Of a stretch of 64,000 nt of DNA, positions 41,922-56,913 are shown piece after piece. How positions within the stretch are numbered: the first letter of the stretch is position 1; every line of letters starts with the position of its first letter. The notes under the pieces were generated by a model, which was given only the letters and a program-made list of their open reading frames with translations, was not told the DNA's origin and did not search any database. The stretch spans positions 64,542,001-64,606,000 of the forward strand of contig OZ024743.1 in NCBI GenBank assembly GCA_964016885.1. Direction: 5' to 3'. Origin of the DNA: Eledone cirrhosa (lineage: Eukaryota). Both the position numbers and the translations under genes were made by a program.

Positions 41922-43860
41922 TCACTCACCCTTCGTCTCCTGGGGACCAGGCTGCACGATTTCCATGGGGGTGTTGGAGGGGTTGTCTGGATGGGTGGTG
42001 GTTTCCGGCGGGGTGGGGACGGAGATGTTTGGTGGGGTGGGGTCTGGTGGGATGGGGGTGTCTGGGGTGGGGAGATATTTGAGAAGGACGCGGTTAAGTG
42101 GTTTCACGCAGGAATTCCCCACATCCTTCTCAAATGTTTCTTTTAGGGACCTATAAGTTTGCATAGGGACCCTAATCAGTTTTAGGTTCAGTTTTTTGTT
42201 ATTTTTAATAGAATGGGCGAAATTTTTCCCTTCGGTTTTCACCGAAGGGTCGTTCGTGATGGTCTCCATTAGTGTTTTGTTTTCAGTGTTTATGTAAGTG
42301 TAATTTTCTTGTGTTGTGTTTGTTTTTGTCTGTAGTTCTTGTGTGTGCTTTCATTTTGTTGTAGGTATTTTGTTTTCAGGAGGTGGGGGTTTTGCTTGTG
42401 ATGTTTTTGTTGTTTGTGTTGGTGGTTGTATGTTTGTGGTAGTGTTTGCTGGTTTTTTGCTTTTGTGATGTCTTTTCTTTCTTTTCGAGCGATGGGGTTC
42501 TCCCTCGTCTTCACTGGGTGATGGCGAGATAGCCTCATCTGTTGTATCGTCTGTGTGATTGTGGGGGGGGGGGGTATGTCTTGGGGAGCTGTTGTGTCTG
42601 TATGTGATTTTGCAGTGGTTTTAGGTGGAGTGAGGTTGGGTGGGACTGTGTTTGTTGTGGTTATTTTTGTGTGTTGGTGTTGTTGTTGTTGTGGTGGTGT
42701 TGGTGGTTGTGTTGTTTTGATGGGTGTCGGCAGAAGACCCTTTTTTTATTCATTAATTTAGGACAGGAAGCCCTCAGGTGACCCCTGCTAAAGCAATGGT
42801 AACATGAAGGCCGCTTACCCTCAACCGAAAAGTTTATGTAGGTGAGTCCGTCCAGGAGTACACGTTGTGGGATCATAGCTATTCGCTCTGGACTCATTTG
42901 CACCAGGACTTCAATGCTAGTCCCATTGAATACATCTCTGGGAGACTTTCCTACTGACAGTATTCTGTCTTCATCAAAATTGATGAAGCCACACAGTATC
43001 CACCATATGTTCACCTTTGGTGTGACACTCGTGATTTTGATCTTTTGTGTCCTTTTTCCCATGTATGTAGGGAAAAAGGTGTACAGGTTGGATACAATTG
43101 GCGACACAGTGTAATTTTGGGCCGTCAATTGATCCTTCATGAGTACCGAAATACTCCCAAATAGTTTGCTTCTTTGAATGAATGCAATATCATTCATTGA
43201 ATTTTTGAAAACCAGTTCAATTTCTTTCTGTGACAATTGGAAACTGTCCTAAAAACTATCGTTGTGAGAGCAGTTTCCTTGCGAATTTCTACCGGAGAAT
43301 TGATGCTGAAAGCACCATTTTTTTCGAAAGTGACATATCTCCTAGCGTCCTTTAAAAGTTGTTCGGCATTTGTTATGTCGAGATATGTCAGTCCTCCTTT
43401 TTCTGAACTGTCTGTGCAAAGGAGATTTTTGGTTTCTTTGTGGAATTATCCGTGTTGGTGGTGTTGTCATTATTGTTGTTATTCTTGTTGTCACCGATGT
43501 TGATATTATTCGTATTTTCCTTGGTGTTGGTGTTGGTGTTCTTGTTGTCTTTGATGCTGGTGTTATTGGTGTTGTCTTTATTTTTTCTTTGTTGTTGTTA
43601 TCATTGTTGTTTTTATCATCATTATTGGTGTTGCTGTTATTTTTGTTGTCATTGAACTGTTTGGTGTCATTTGTGTTGTTTGGATATGAATTTGTTTTTA
43701 CATTTTCATTTCGTCTTTCCATCTCTATAGTATCTATTGAGAAGGGAAGGGAAGAAAACGATGTTGACTGCGAGCTTTGTAGTCTCACCGACTCTCCACC
43801 ACCATTATCGTTGAACGCAGCGTTCATAACGTAATCAAACTTATAATTTTTTTTTTCCAA
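41922..43860 (-). pseudogene. L1/Tx1 ORF1 (gag-like, zinc knuckle), broken
   Basis: ORF 42661-43236 contains CX2CX4HX4C; low-complexity flanking ORF pieces lie upstream of ORF2. Confidence 0.75.
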
Positions 43861-44046
43861 AATTCAATGGAGAAAATATTTTTCAAACGAATATTTCGCC
43901 CCTGTAAGGGCGAAAATGAGTTGACCCACCACCTGAAGGTCCAGACGGGGGGGTCAAGTTACACAATAATATAAAATTTAACTGAAAACTCACGTTTTTT
44001 TCTTACATAAATTAACGGAAACTTCTCCGCGAAGTTACACACGTCT

Positions 44047-44114
<68 letters not shown>

Positions 44115-44254
44115 CATTCACACATACATATACATGTATATACACACATACACACATATACATATATGTTTCTCTCTATATATATACATGCATATACACA
44201 TACATATACATGTACATATACGCAGACACAGACACACACACAGACACACACACA

Positions 44255-44314
<60 letters not shown>

Positions 44315-44322
44315 GACACACA

Positions 44323-44428
<106 letters not shown>

Positions 44429-44539
44429 AAGAAAACAAAAAACGAACAAACAAGAGGATACATTAACACAAAGTATTAGTTTCACGTTTTAAAAGAAAAA
44501 GAGTGATATATATACATGCATACATATATATATATATAT

Positions 44540-44755
44540 AATTAGAAAATATATAGCTTTCACCGTATTTTTAACTAAAGGAATTTTAGCTTGATAACGG
44601 GGTTTAGAACCCTCAGATAAATGGAAAAAGATGAGTATTGACGTACATGTACGTCAATACTCATCTTTTTCCATTTATCTGAGGGTTCTAAACCCCGTTA
44701 TCAAGCTAAAATTCCTTTAGTTAAAAATACGGTGAAAGCTATATATTTTCTAATT
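44540..44755. repeat. 216-bp spacerless palindrome
   Basis: Centre ACGTACA|TGTACGT at 44647/44648; arms match by eye. Confidence 0.9.
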
Positions 44756-44789
44756 TCAAACTCGCTCACTGTTTCAAAACATACTTACT

Positions 44790-44831
<42 letters not shown>

Positions 44832-45946
44832 GGTTATGCACGAGTGCATTAATGTTTTCCAGGACACAGTGTTATGTACCGTGTAGTGGAATGTCAGCTT
44901 ACAACAGAGGGGTGCTCAACGAAATGTAGCGAGATCTAGGCAAATTGATGTCTATTGAAACGTACGTAAGAACCGAATAAATCTCTTTTACTGCATCTTT
45001 CTGTTCTTTTTAATTCTTTATATATATATATATATGTATATAACTCTCTTTTAAAACGTGAAACTAATACTTTATGTTAACGCATCCTCTTATTTGTTCG
45101 TTTTTTTGCTTTCTTTATATATATATAAACGATAGTAGTACCTTTGTGTTTATATAAAATGACTTGAAGTTTCAAATTTTGGTGTGATATCCCAACATCC
45201 CAATAAATATCAGAGGGCCAAACACGTCTCTCCCAATGCAAATATCTTACTAGTTTGTTATAATCTGCTTCATAATTTTATACTTGAACGGTTGTGTTTC
45301 TTCCTCTGGCGACTCTTCAGGTATTACTTCCCAACATGAAACTTAGTTACGATATATAATCACGGAAAGTTCTATCATTATTGGATATTTCATTGTACCG
45401 TATGTATCGAGTATTCTGATTTTATACATGTAAATATTGTATGTATGTGTGGGTGGTCCTGTAACTCTTGAGGGAGTCGTGGGACGCCGTATTGACATGC
45501 GGCTTTTCTTGGTCATTTTAAAACCTGGCGGAGCCAATCTCCTCTCCTGGTCTGAATACAACATCTTTATTCCAGAGAAGGATAGAAAGCGAGAGAATGG
45601 AAGTGAGAAAGAGATATAGAGAGAGAATCGATCCCCAGTAATAGACTGGTACTTTTTTTATCGATCACGAAAGGATGAAAGTCAAAGTTGACCTCAGCGA
45701 GATTTGAACTCAGAAAGCAGATAATCAGAACGAATACAGAAAACGATTCTATCCGACGTTTTAACAACTCTACCAATTCGCCGCCGAATTGGTAGACTCG
45801 GTATAATATCGAATATAGTGCTTCGTGGGATGTCGTCCTGAGTTCAAATCCCACCGAAGTCAGCTGTACCTTTTATCCTTTCGAGATGAATAAAACAGTA
45901 CCATTCCAGTACTGGAGTCGATTTGTTCTATATATCTCTTTATCAT

Positions 45947-46019
<73 letters not shown>

Positions 46020-46303
46020 CGCTTCTATGGAAAAAATTGACTGTGTTCAAATCTGGAGAGGGCATGGTCTTCGCCAGGCTTTAAAATGCCCAAGAAACGC
46101 CATTGCGGCGTCTTTTAGACTCCATCGGGAGTTAGGAGTCTATACATGCAAATGTTCAGAATCTATTATGTAAATGTCTTTCCAGTGTCCATGTATATAA
46201 AGAATACACACACACAGACACACACACATATATATATATATAAGAGATACGGTTTTATTCGTACATCTTCATTTTATTGTCTAATTCATCAACTGAATAA
46301 ATG

Positions 46304-46399
<96 letters not shown>

Positions 46400-46519
46400 T
46401 GTGTGTGTGCGTAGACATGCATACACAAATGCAAACATACATATACGAATACATAAACGCATTCATACACACATAGACACATATATACATGCACACGGAC
46501 ATACAAACATATTTCTCCA

Positions 46520-46840
46520 TTACTCTATTACGTGTTCCAGCCGACAGACTGAGTCCATGCTGGGGCACCGCCATTGATGCTACACTGTCTATAGCCAACC
46601 TCCCCTGGTTGGCCATTGATACAAAAAGGAGTTTATTGTTGCTACTCTTGTTTGTGCTTCGCCTCGTGTTGTGGGTTCATCCGGGGTCGTGTTCAGTAGA
46701 ATGTCGAGATGTCCCTTGAAAACATCTACCTGTACACCATGTAGATCTCTCCAATGTTATTGACAGCTTATTAAAAAGCCAGGGTCTCTTGAACCCAGGA
46801 TATTGCAGTATGTGGTCCTTATTTTTTATGTGACGGGTCA
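46520..46840 (-). mobile_element. CR1-type LINE 3' end
   Basis: Frameshifted LFN..RDLHGVQVDVFKGHLDILLNTTPDEP..NS, then 3' tail GGCGGTGCCCCAGCATGG..; an isolated tail copy lies at 60575-60632 (+). Confidence 0.7.
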
Positions 46841-47046
46841 TACATACATAGGTACATACGTACATACATGCACACATACACATACACACATACATACATA
46901 TATAAATACATAATACATACATACATGCATGCATACAAACATACACATACATACACACATACATACATACACATACATACATACATACACACACATACAT
47001 TCATACATACACATACACACACATACACACACATACATACATACAC

Positions 47047-47081
<35 letters not shown>

Positions 47082-47777
47082 TACATGCACACATACATAC
47101 ATACACATACATACATACATACACACACACATACATACATACACACACACATACATACATGCATACACACATACATACACATACATACATACATACACAC
47201 ATACATACACACGTACACACATGCATACATACATGCATACATACACACATACATATATACACATACATACATGCATACATACACACATACACACATACAT
47301 TTAACACACTTTATATTATCCACATGTTCTATATGAACCAAATATTCTCGCTTTACTCTCATCTATCAACCCGTTTTTGTTCATTCTTTCATTCTTTCAT
47401 TCTTTCATTCTCTTATTCCCTTATTCTCTTATTCTCTTATATATATATATTTATGTTTTAGTTTCTGTTTTCTTTCCTTCTTCTTCTCCCCGGTGTAACA
47501 ACCATTGCGTTAGTCTATTATAATTATACGCGCGAGAACAAGCGCTTCTTATCATCTCTATATAATTGGTATTGCGCTAATCATTGTGTGTGTATGTGTG
47601 TATATACGTGTATGTGTGTATATACGTGTGTGTGTGTGTGTGTATGTTCGCGTGTATGTGTGTGTTTTTCATCATTATCTAAATTTGAAAATAAATATAT
47701 ATATAAATATATTAATAAATAATAAATAAATAATGAATTATATAAGTATATATATATATATATAATTTTATATGCAC

Positions 47778-47895
<118 letters not shown>

Positions 47896-48929
47896 CACAT
47901 AGCGGTGTTGGTCGGGCCTGATGGGTAAGGTTTGTTAATTTGTGATGTAAGCGATATTAAATTGGAGTAACATGTAAACGACTTAATTGACTGAGAAATT
48001 ATCTTCAGTAGTGGCTACTGTCACACGTAAAGTCTGTTTGTTTGTGAGAAGGTAGGGGAGGGTGGGAGGTAACGGAGGGCTTGTGGCTGGTGGTGATGTG
48101 GTTCTGACTTTTCATTGAGAAATATTGACAGATGGACTGATAGAGAGAGTGAGTGAGAGACAGATGGACTGTTAGAGAGTGTGAGTGAGAGAGAGATGGA
48201 CTGATAGAGAGAGTGAGTGAATGAGAGAGTGGGAGAGGGGCAGATGGACTGTTAGAGAGAGTGAGTGAGTGAGAGAGAGGCAGATGGACTGTTAGAGAGA
48301 GTGAGAGAGTGAGAGAGAGGCAGATGGACTGTTAGAGAGAGTGAGAAATGGACTGTTAGAGAGAGTGAGTGGGATAGAGAGAGACAGTGTATGTGTGTGC
48401 ATTGGAGAGTAAGAAAGAGAATTTGAGATAGTGAGTGAGAGATACATGCACTGTTAGAGAGAGTGGGAGAGAAAGAGAGAAGAGAAGGGGAAGAGTGAGA
48501 AGAATTAATTGAAGGAGGAGAGGGGAAACTGGTGGAACAATTGGAAGTTAACAAACAGCAGATGATGTGTGGTGTGGTGGGGGGTTAGGTGGATGATTGG
48601 ATGGGTGGATAGGTGCAGAGAGGGTTTGGTTGGGGGACGGGTAGAAGAGTCTATGGATGGGTGGATGGAGGGATGGTAGGATGGGTGGATGGAGGGAGGG
48701 GAGAGGAGGGGGGGGGGGGGGGGTAGATGAGTTCGTGGATGGATAGATGGATGGATGGGTGAATGGATGGATGCGTGCTTAGAGGGAGGGGTGGTTGCCT
48801 GGTTGGACGGGTAGATGAGTCTGTAGATGGGTCGACGCATGGGTGCTTAGATGGATTGATGGGTAGATGGATTGGTGGATGTAGTGATGGGTGGAAGGAG
48901 GGGTTGGTGGACAGGAGGAGGGGTGGATT

Positions 48930-49435
48930 GTGTGAATGGAGGGGTGGATGTTTGGAGGGAGGGTGGACAGAAAGAGGGTGGTGTGGGTGAATGGAGGGGG
49001 TGGATATTTGGAGGGAGGATGGACAGAAAGAGGGTGGTGTGGGTGAATGGAGGGGGTGGATATTTGGAGGGAGGGTGGACAGAAAGAGGGTGGTGTGGGT
49101 GAATGGAGGAGGTGGATATTTGGAGGGAGGGTGGAGAGAAAGAGGGTGGTGTTGGTGAATGGAGGGGTGGTATGGGTGAATGAAGGGGTGGCATGGGAGA
49201 ATGGAGGGGTGGTATGGGTGAATGGAGGGGTGGTATGGGAGAATGGAGGGGTGGCATGGGAGAATGGAGGGGTGGCATGGGTGAATGGAGGGGTGGCATG
49301 GGAGAATGGAGGGGTGGTATGGGGGAATGGAGGGGTGGTATGGGAGAATGGAGGGGTGGCATGGGAGAATGGAGGGGTGGCATGGCAGAATGGAGGGGTG
49401 GCATGGGAGAATGGAGGGGTGGCATGGGTGAATGA
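48930..49435. repeat. G-rich tandem repeats (~59 bp then 21 bp units)
   Basis: GAATGGAGGGGTGGCATGGGA units. Confidence 0.85.
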
Positions 49436-49930
49436 AGGTGGAAGGTTAGGTAGATGGATGGATTTATTTATTATATATAACATGCATGAAAAAATCAGAT
49501 CTAATCATTTGGCTTTTGTTGTGAAATGGTGTGTAAAGGAATATAACGAGTGTGAGCCTGTACAAGTGTGTGTGTAGGCGTATGTGTGTGTATGTGAGGG
49601 TAGAGATATGAGTGCGTGTAGGTGTCTGTGTGTGTATGTAAGTGTATGTGAAGGTAGAGATGTGAGTGTGTGTAGGTGTTTGTGGATGCATGGATGTGTG
49701 TGTCTGTACATTTGTAAGTGTGTGTATGTGTTTGTGTGTGCGTATGGATGGGTGTGTGTGTAAGTTTGAGCGTGTGTGTATATGTAAGTTTGTGTCTGTG
49801 AGTATGTACGTTTGTGTGAGTATGAATGTGTGTATATGTGTGAGAGAGAGGGGGTAGAAAGAGTGACTGGAAGCGTTGAAATGGTTTTATAACGCTTTGT
49901 GTATGTATGCATGACTGACAATTGCGTATA

Positions 49931-49989
<59 letters not shown>

Positions 49990-50283
49990 CCCATGATAGT
50001 GGAACATGGACGTTAAACGAAGATGATGATGATGATGATGATATATATATATATATATATAGCGGCGATGAATTAGTTTTGCGAGGTTTTTTATATGAAA
50101 TCGTGTGTCGAAACAGATATTGTTATATTTGGGGAGGGTCATATTTGCGTAATATTGCCAGAGTAAGTTAGATCGCAGATATATATATATAAAAGACAGC
50201 GAGAAGCGAAAACCAACCAAACAGTGAGTGTGTTCTGTTATTAATTCTGGCAATATTACGCAAATATGACCCTCCCCAAATAT

Positions 50284-50356
<73 letters not shown>

Positions 50357-50659
50357 TTATCCTGGGTTCAATCGGGGATAACCACAGCAAGTAAGGTACT
50401 CAATATATACCAGAGTATAAATGTTTAATATAGAAAAGCTTCTATAGGACTAGAATAAGGAGTGGCACTCCAATCTGAACTTGCTTATAGAATTCTTTCT
50501 GCCTTTATCACTCTAAATATAAATTATAGCTTTAAAGAATTAGCTTTTAAAGAATTCCCTTTTCTTAACCCATCAACCAATGACCTCCACCCATCCAAAT
50601 CCCCACCCTTTCCTACCACCAGAAAATATATAAATACCACCATATTTACTTGGACAGTC

Positions 50660-50710
50660 AACTTCCTGATGATTTCTCACGAATGAAACAGTTCTAGTCC
50701 TGTAGAAGCT
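50660..50710 (+). ncRNA. Type I hammerhead ribozyme
   Basis: AACTTC-CTGATGA-TTTC TCAC GAAT-GAAA-CAG TTCTAGTC CTG-TA^-GAAGCT. Confidence 0.8.
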
Positions 50711-50711
50711 T

Positions 50712-50782
<71 letters not shown>

Positions 50783-50784
50783 CA

Positions 50785-50815
<31 letters not shown>

Positions 50816-50827
50816 GTATATATATAC

Positions 50828-50895
<68 letters not shown>

Positions 50896-50900
50896 ATATG

Positions 50901-51010
<110 letters not shown>

Positions 51011-51011
51011 A

Positions 51012-51086
<75 letters not shown>

Positions 51087-51339
51087 TATATATATATATA
51101 TATATAAAATATTAAACAAATAATGAATAAACAATTCCTTATATTAAACAAAAAAAGTTCATTATTTAACGATCGTTTCTAGGATATATATGTGTTAGAG
51201 TTGGCATGCATATTCAACAGATCTATGTACAAAATTATACAAAATTATACAAACTATCAAGATTAAATATACATACCAACACATATATACGCCGTCTTCA
51301 GAAATAATGAAAAAAATATATATATATATATATATATAT

Positions 51340-51403
<64 letters not shown>

Positions 51404-51413
51404 TTATATATAT

Positions 51414-51575
<162 letters not shown>

Positions 51576-51665
51576 CCACATTAAGGCTAAAAAGTGAGTC
51601 TTGTTAACTGGAGTTCCGCTTGTTTTGTTACTGGGTCATCTCGTTTAATGACACTGTGATAAACA

Positions 51666-51745
<80 letters not shown>

Positions 51746-52061
51746 TGTTTATCACAGTGTCATTAAACGAGATGACCCAGTAACAAAACAAGCGGAACTC
51801 CAGTTAACAAGACTCCCTTTTTAGCCTTAATATAAATGAATATTAAAACTCTACTTCGGTATTGAGTACGCCTTTCTCTCAGCCATCAACCACATACAGA
51901 TATATATAAATGTGCATATAAACATGTATATATGCATATATGCCACCAGTTCTTTAAGAAAACAACACCATACTTCGGGACAGGGCATATCAAAGGACCG
52001 AAATAACAGGATAAACTTTATTCCTTTATTATGTTTTTCTGTTTTTTCTGTTCAAGTTCTA

Positions 52062-52122
52062 GCTGTCTGATGAGGTCATAGCTGTTGAATAATGGTTATC
52101 ACCAAAATATATATATAACAGC
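52062..52122 (+). ncRNA. Hammerhead with G12A lesion
   Basis: GCTGT-CTGATGA-GGT..ATAGCT/GGTTAT..ACC-AAAA-(TA)n-TA^-ACAGC. Confidence 0.6.
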
Positions 52123-53536
52123 GAATATGAATAAACGAAGTTAATTTTAACCTGTTGACTTACACTTCTTGTTTATATATATATTATATACATATACATA
52201 TGATATGCAAGGAATCTCTTTAAACCGGACCTCTTTGGACCGGATATTGGATAAACTGGATGAAATCTGAGTTAAGAGACTGACTGTTAATGTTGAGAGT
52301 TCCACATTCATTTAAAAAACATCCATGTCGTTGGGGGATGTATTCTGGGTGTGCCTGTTGAGTACTGTATATTCATATGATAAGAATCCTTCATAAGTAT
52401 ATTTAGACCTTTCAACAATAGAATCATGTTATATAATGGAAACTAAGGTTTCTGTTCTCTGTTATGTGTTGGTTGTTTGCAGATTGTTCTGCATACATAA
52501 CAACTTGTTATATTATATGTACGAGGAGAGATAATAGTAAAATGACAAAAAATAAGAATCGAAAGTGAGCAACATTTCATCAGTTTCGCCATTTTTGGTC
52601 ACAAAACTGGGCAGTGTCATATATAACCTGCAGGAAAGGAAGGGATACTAATACCAGGAGTTAATTGACTGCTTCCTTCTCGTGCTGCTCACCGTTGATA
52701 TCTTTGGTGTTCTTCGTTCCTGAACTGCCGTTTTTCTCTGTAAAATTAGGAGTGCATCTCGCCTGAAGAAGCAGACCAGTGAGGTGGAGTAGTTGATGCA
52801 GTGGGTGTCGCTGGCTGTTCTTTATGGCAATTATTTCGCCATTTTGTTCGCTGAACGGTTGCAACGCAGCTATGATTAAACGATTCAGTGATGGTGGTGA
52901 TGATGTGGTGGTGATGGATGGTGGTGGTGGTGGTGGTGGTGGTGGTGGTGGTGGTGGTGGTGGTGGTGGTGGTGGTGGTGGTGGTGGTGGTGGTGGTGGT
53001 GGTGGTGGTGGTGGTGGTGGTGGTGGTGGTGGGGATGATGTGGTGGTGGTGGAGGTGGTGGTAATGGTGGATGGATGGTGGTGGTGGTAGTAGTGGTGAT
53101 GGATGGTAGTGGTGCCGGTGGTGGAGGTGGTGGTAATGGTGGATGGTGGTGAAGGTGATAGTGGTGGTAGGGCGCATTGTGTACATACATGAATTTAAAG
53201 AAATAGACTTTCACACACACACGTACATACATGCGCACACGCACACAAGTGTGTATATATATATATACACACAAGCAAATATATATGAATATACATACAT
53301 ATATGTATACAGACGTACAGTAGTATGTATATATATATACATACATGCACACATATATATTTAAGTAACAACCGTACTAAGAGTGAGAAATGAAATTTCG
53401 TTTCATTTTTTCCGTTTATCGTTTTCGGTACCCCGGCCGATTAACTCACTCGATATGCAAATTGGGCTGCTCAGCCGTTAATATGCATAAGGAAAGTATA
53501 TACTTTCAGACGTTCAACCATCTGGCAGGAAGGTAT

Positions 53537-53579
53537 ACGTTGCTGACGATAGCTAATAAGCTTGAAACTAGTACAGCGT
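53537..53579 (+). ncRNA. Minimal type I hammerhead (same family as 12321)
   Basis: Identical to 12321-12363 except at N7 (CTGACGA). Confidence 0.85.
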
Positions 53580-53857
53580 TCCTTTGTCAGTGTTGAACAA
53601 ATGAGCAACGATGGTTGCTAGACACTGTACGGCTTAATTCGGGTTGTTTGTTTACAAACACACCGAGCATTATAATAAATGTTCGGTGAATCCATACGTA
53701 CATATATATATGTGTGCATGTATGTATATATATATATACATACTACTGTACGTCTGTATACATATATGTATGTACGTATACATACTTATATTTAAGTAAC
53801 AGCCGTACTAAGAGTGAGAAATGAAATTTCGTTTCATTTTTTCCGTTTATATATATG

Positions 53858-53962
<105 letters not shown>

Positions 53963-54068
53963 GAATAAATGGACAGAGAACAAAAAACAGAGACGCAGTA
54001 CAAATGGTATGGTTTTTAGTTTCACGCTTGAGAGGGCGGGGTGGGGGACATAAATATATATATATATA

Positions 54069-54337
54069 CAGTTGTCCCCCAGTTTTCGCGGGGGCTACTT
54101 TCCTAGAGCACTCGCGAAGAGTGAAACACCGCGAATATTGGACGTGGTCCATAAAAATGCCTATAAACGTCAAAACATAACGTAAAATATAGGCTGGCAA
54201 CTACCGTATATTGTTATTAGGAATTTAGCGTTAAAAATGCGAGAAGAGATATATTGCCGCGAAAAAGCTATTAAAATTCGCAGAAAATATTTACTATTCC
54301 GCGAATAACCGGGACGGCGAATGCCGGGATTACACTG
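54069..54337. mobile_element. Tigger/pogo-like MITE
   Basis: TA|CAGTTGTCCCCCAGTTTTCGCGGGGG... and ...CCGCGAATAACC..GGGATTACACTG ends, with CGCGAA subrepeats. Confidence 0.6.
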
Positions 54338-54340
54338 TGT

Positions 54341-54387
<47 letters not shown>

Positions 54388-54411
54388 CGTGTGTGTATAT
54401 ATATACATATG

Positions 54412-54454
<43 letters not shown>

Positions 54455-54507
54455 GTATATATATATATGTATGTATATAAATATATATATATACATATAT
54501 ATATATG

Positions 54508-54642
<135 letters not shown>

Positions 54643-54682
54643 GTATATGTATATATATACATATGTATATATATATATAAAC

Positions 54683-54776
<94 letters not shown>

Positions 54777-54780
<4 letters not shown>

Positions 54781-54945
54781 CGGGCAAAATTCCCGAGATC
54801 CATGGATGAGTTCTCTCCAGCGGTCTCTGTCCCTCATTATCACTGCCATGTCCTGCGTCTCCAAGAGACCAGTGTCTGTCCTTAGGGCATCAACACATGT
54901 TAACTTTGGTCTTCCACTTCCAGTGTGTCCATGAGGGGCTCCCAC
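54777..54945 (-). mobile_element. 3' end of the same RTE family as 32662
   Basis: High identity to 32662-32830 ([25 protein letters not shown]). Confidence 0.9.
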
Positions 54946-55211
54946 AGTATATATATATGTTGGAAAATGTGTGAAATCCTTAGTACAGTTGGGTATATTT
55001 AGAAAAGGGAAAAGAATGACTTCACTTGTAGTTCTAAACAATTTAATTTAATTTTATAATATTATAATTTTGCAATTTGGTTTTGTAGATCTAGTGACAG
55101 CAGTACCGTTTCTCACTTGTAAGTGGTTGTCAAGACTACATAACCCTTCGCTCGGAAAAATGGTCTTACTAGTCTAAATCGTTAACTCCCATATATAAAA
55201 GACATTGGCAA

Positions 55212-55790
55212 GGGGCGGTGGATTGGTAGTATCGGTAGAGGGTCGGGCGCCATGCTTCGACGCATAGAGTTACGGCCCTTGCCATTCTGAGTTCAAATCC
55301 CGCCGAAGTTAACTTTGCCTTTCATCCTTACGGGGTCGATAAAATAAAGTACCAGTAATGCACTGATAATTGCTGGCCTTGTGCCAAAAGTAGAAACAAT
55401 TATATGGGTGCTACGGTCAAGCTTGGACGGTTTCAATGTCGAAATTAAAATCTAATAATGTGAGGCTCCGTTCTCGCAGGCAATTCTATTCACTTTTTCA
55501 CTCTAAGGTGTTATGGGGTTATATTCCCGATAAAATATCTCCAACTATTTTATACTTAAATTTATGTTGGGATAGCCTTGCATAAATCAGATGGGTCTCA
55601 CAGATGCAGTAGCAGTATCGGTAGAGGGTCGGACGCCATGCTTTGCAGCAAAGAGTTACAGCCCTTTATGGTCTGAGTTCAGATCCCGCCGAGGTTAACT
55701 TTGCCTTTCATCCTTACAGAGTCGATAAAATAAAGTACCAGTAATACACTGAGATAATTGCTGGTCTTGTGCCAAAAGTAGAAACAATTA
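55212..55790 (+). mobile_element. Two OK-type SINEs (55212-55402, 55610-55790)
   Basis: Same consensus as the 3009 cluster. Further copies at 6110-6220(-) and 18090-18470. Confidence 0.85.
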
Positions 55791-55799
55791 TGTATGTAT

Positions 55800-56030
55800 A
55801 TGGAGGGCCTCGTAGTTGACTGGCCAAGATGGAGGAACACTCTGAATCAACACCTCAGATCAGGGGAGGAGAGTTTGGTGACTGCAGCAACGGAGAGGAG
55901 AGCTCGGCGAAAGGAGCGCAATAAATCCTTAAGACCAGAGAGCATATACAATAGTGCCCTATGTGACAGAGATTGTCACTCACGTATAGGTCTGTTTAGC
56001 CACGCTGACAACAACCTTGACCGAAGGAGG
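55800..56030 (+). mobile_element. RTE LINE 3' end with degenerate C2H2 finger
   Basis: RWR..ERRARRK..CDRDCHSRIGLFSH is a typical RTE C-terminus. Confidence 0.75.
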
Positions 56031-56092
56031 CCTTATATTTATATAAAGATATTTTTTACGGAAAGAAAGAATGTGTACATATATGTATATGC

Positions 56093-56140
<48 letters not shown>

Positions 56141-56449
56141 GAAAATGTTCAAGAATCCGGCGGCAGAGCTCAAGCCGTTTCGACAGCTATATCTGCCCTC
56201 GGGTTCTTGAATATTTTCCTATTACCCACTCTACTACCCTAAGTATTGAGTATTTTTGTGCGTTATGGTCCACCTATTTCCTTACCACACTTCCTTCGTT
56301 ATATATATATATATATACAGGGTGGTCCAAAAGTCACACCGGGGTTTTAGTTTTTATTAACTTCCTGAATTGTACAGATCGATGTATGACATTTTGATAC
56401 AACTTAAAGGACATAATAGAAAATAAAAAGAAAGAAAGAGAGAGAGAGA

Positions 56450-56528
<79 letters not shown>

Positions 56529-56695
56529 AGGGAGAGAGAGAGATATCTGTATGAGTTTTACGGATGACAGAGAGGAGTACTCAATACCGAAGTAGAGTTT
56601 TAATATTTATTTTATTATGGCTAAATATTGAGTCTTGTTACTCTGGAGTGTCGCCTGTTTATCAGTAATGGTCCTGTCAGACTCCAGAGTAACAA

Positions 56696-56825
<130 letters not shown>

Positions 56826-56862
56826 CACACATACATATATATATATAGTTTTAATATAGAAG

Positions 56863-56913
56863 AGCTTCTACAGGACTAGAACTGTTTCATTTGTGAGAAA
56901 TCATCAGGAAGCT
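56863..56913 (-). ncRNA. Type I hammerhead (50660 family)
   Basis: AGCTTC-CTGATGA-TTTCTCACAAAT-GAAA-CAG..CTG-TA^-GAAGCT. Confidence 0.75.

Larger units (their letters stand above)
38236..44046 (-). mobile_element. Near full-length L1/Tx1-clade LINE with frameshifts
   Basis: ORF1 fragments carry a CCHC knuckle (CYHCFSRGHLRASC). ORF2 fragments show APE endonuclease (DVVTICES, GDWN, SDH), RT (FRPITLLN, DQSKAFDRV, QGCPLS, YADD) and a C-terminal CPRC..ETVAHAFIHC. AATAAA lies at the 3' end next to (TA)n; the 5' end abuts (GATA)n. Confidence 0.93.
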
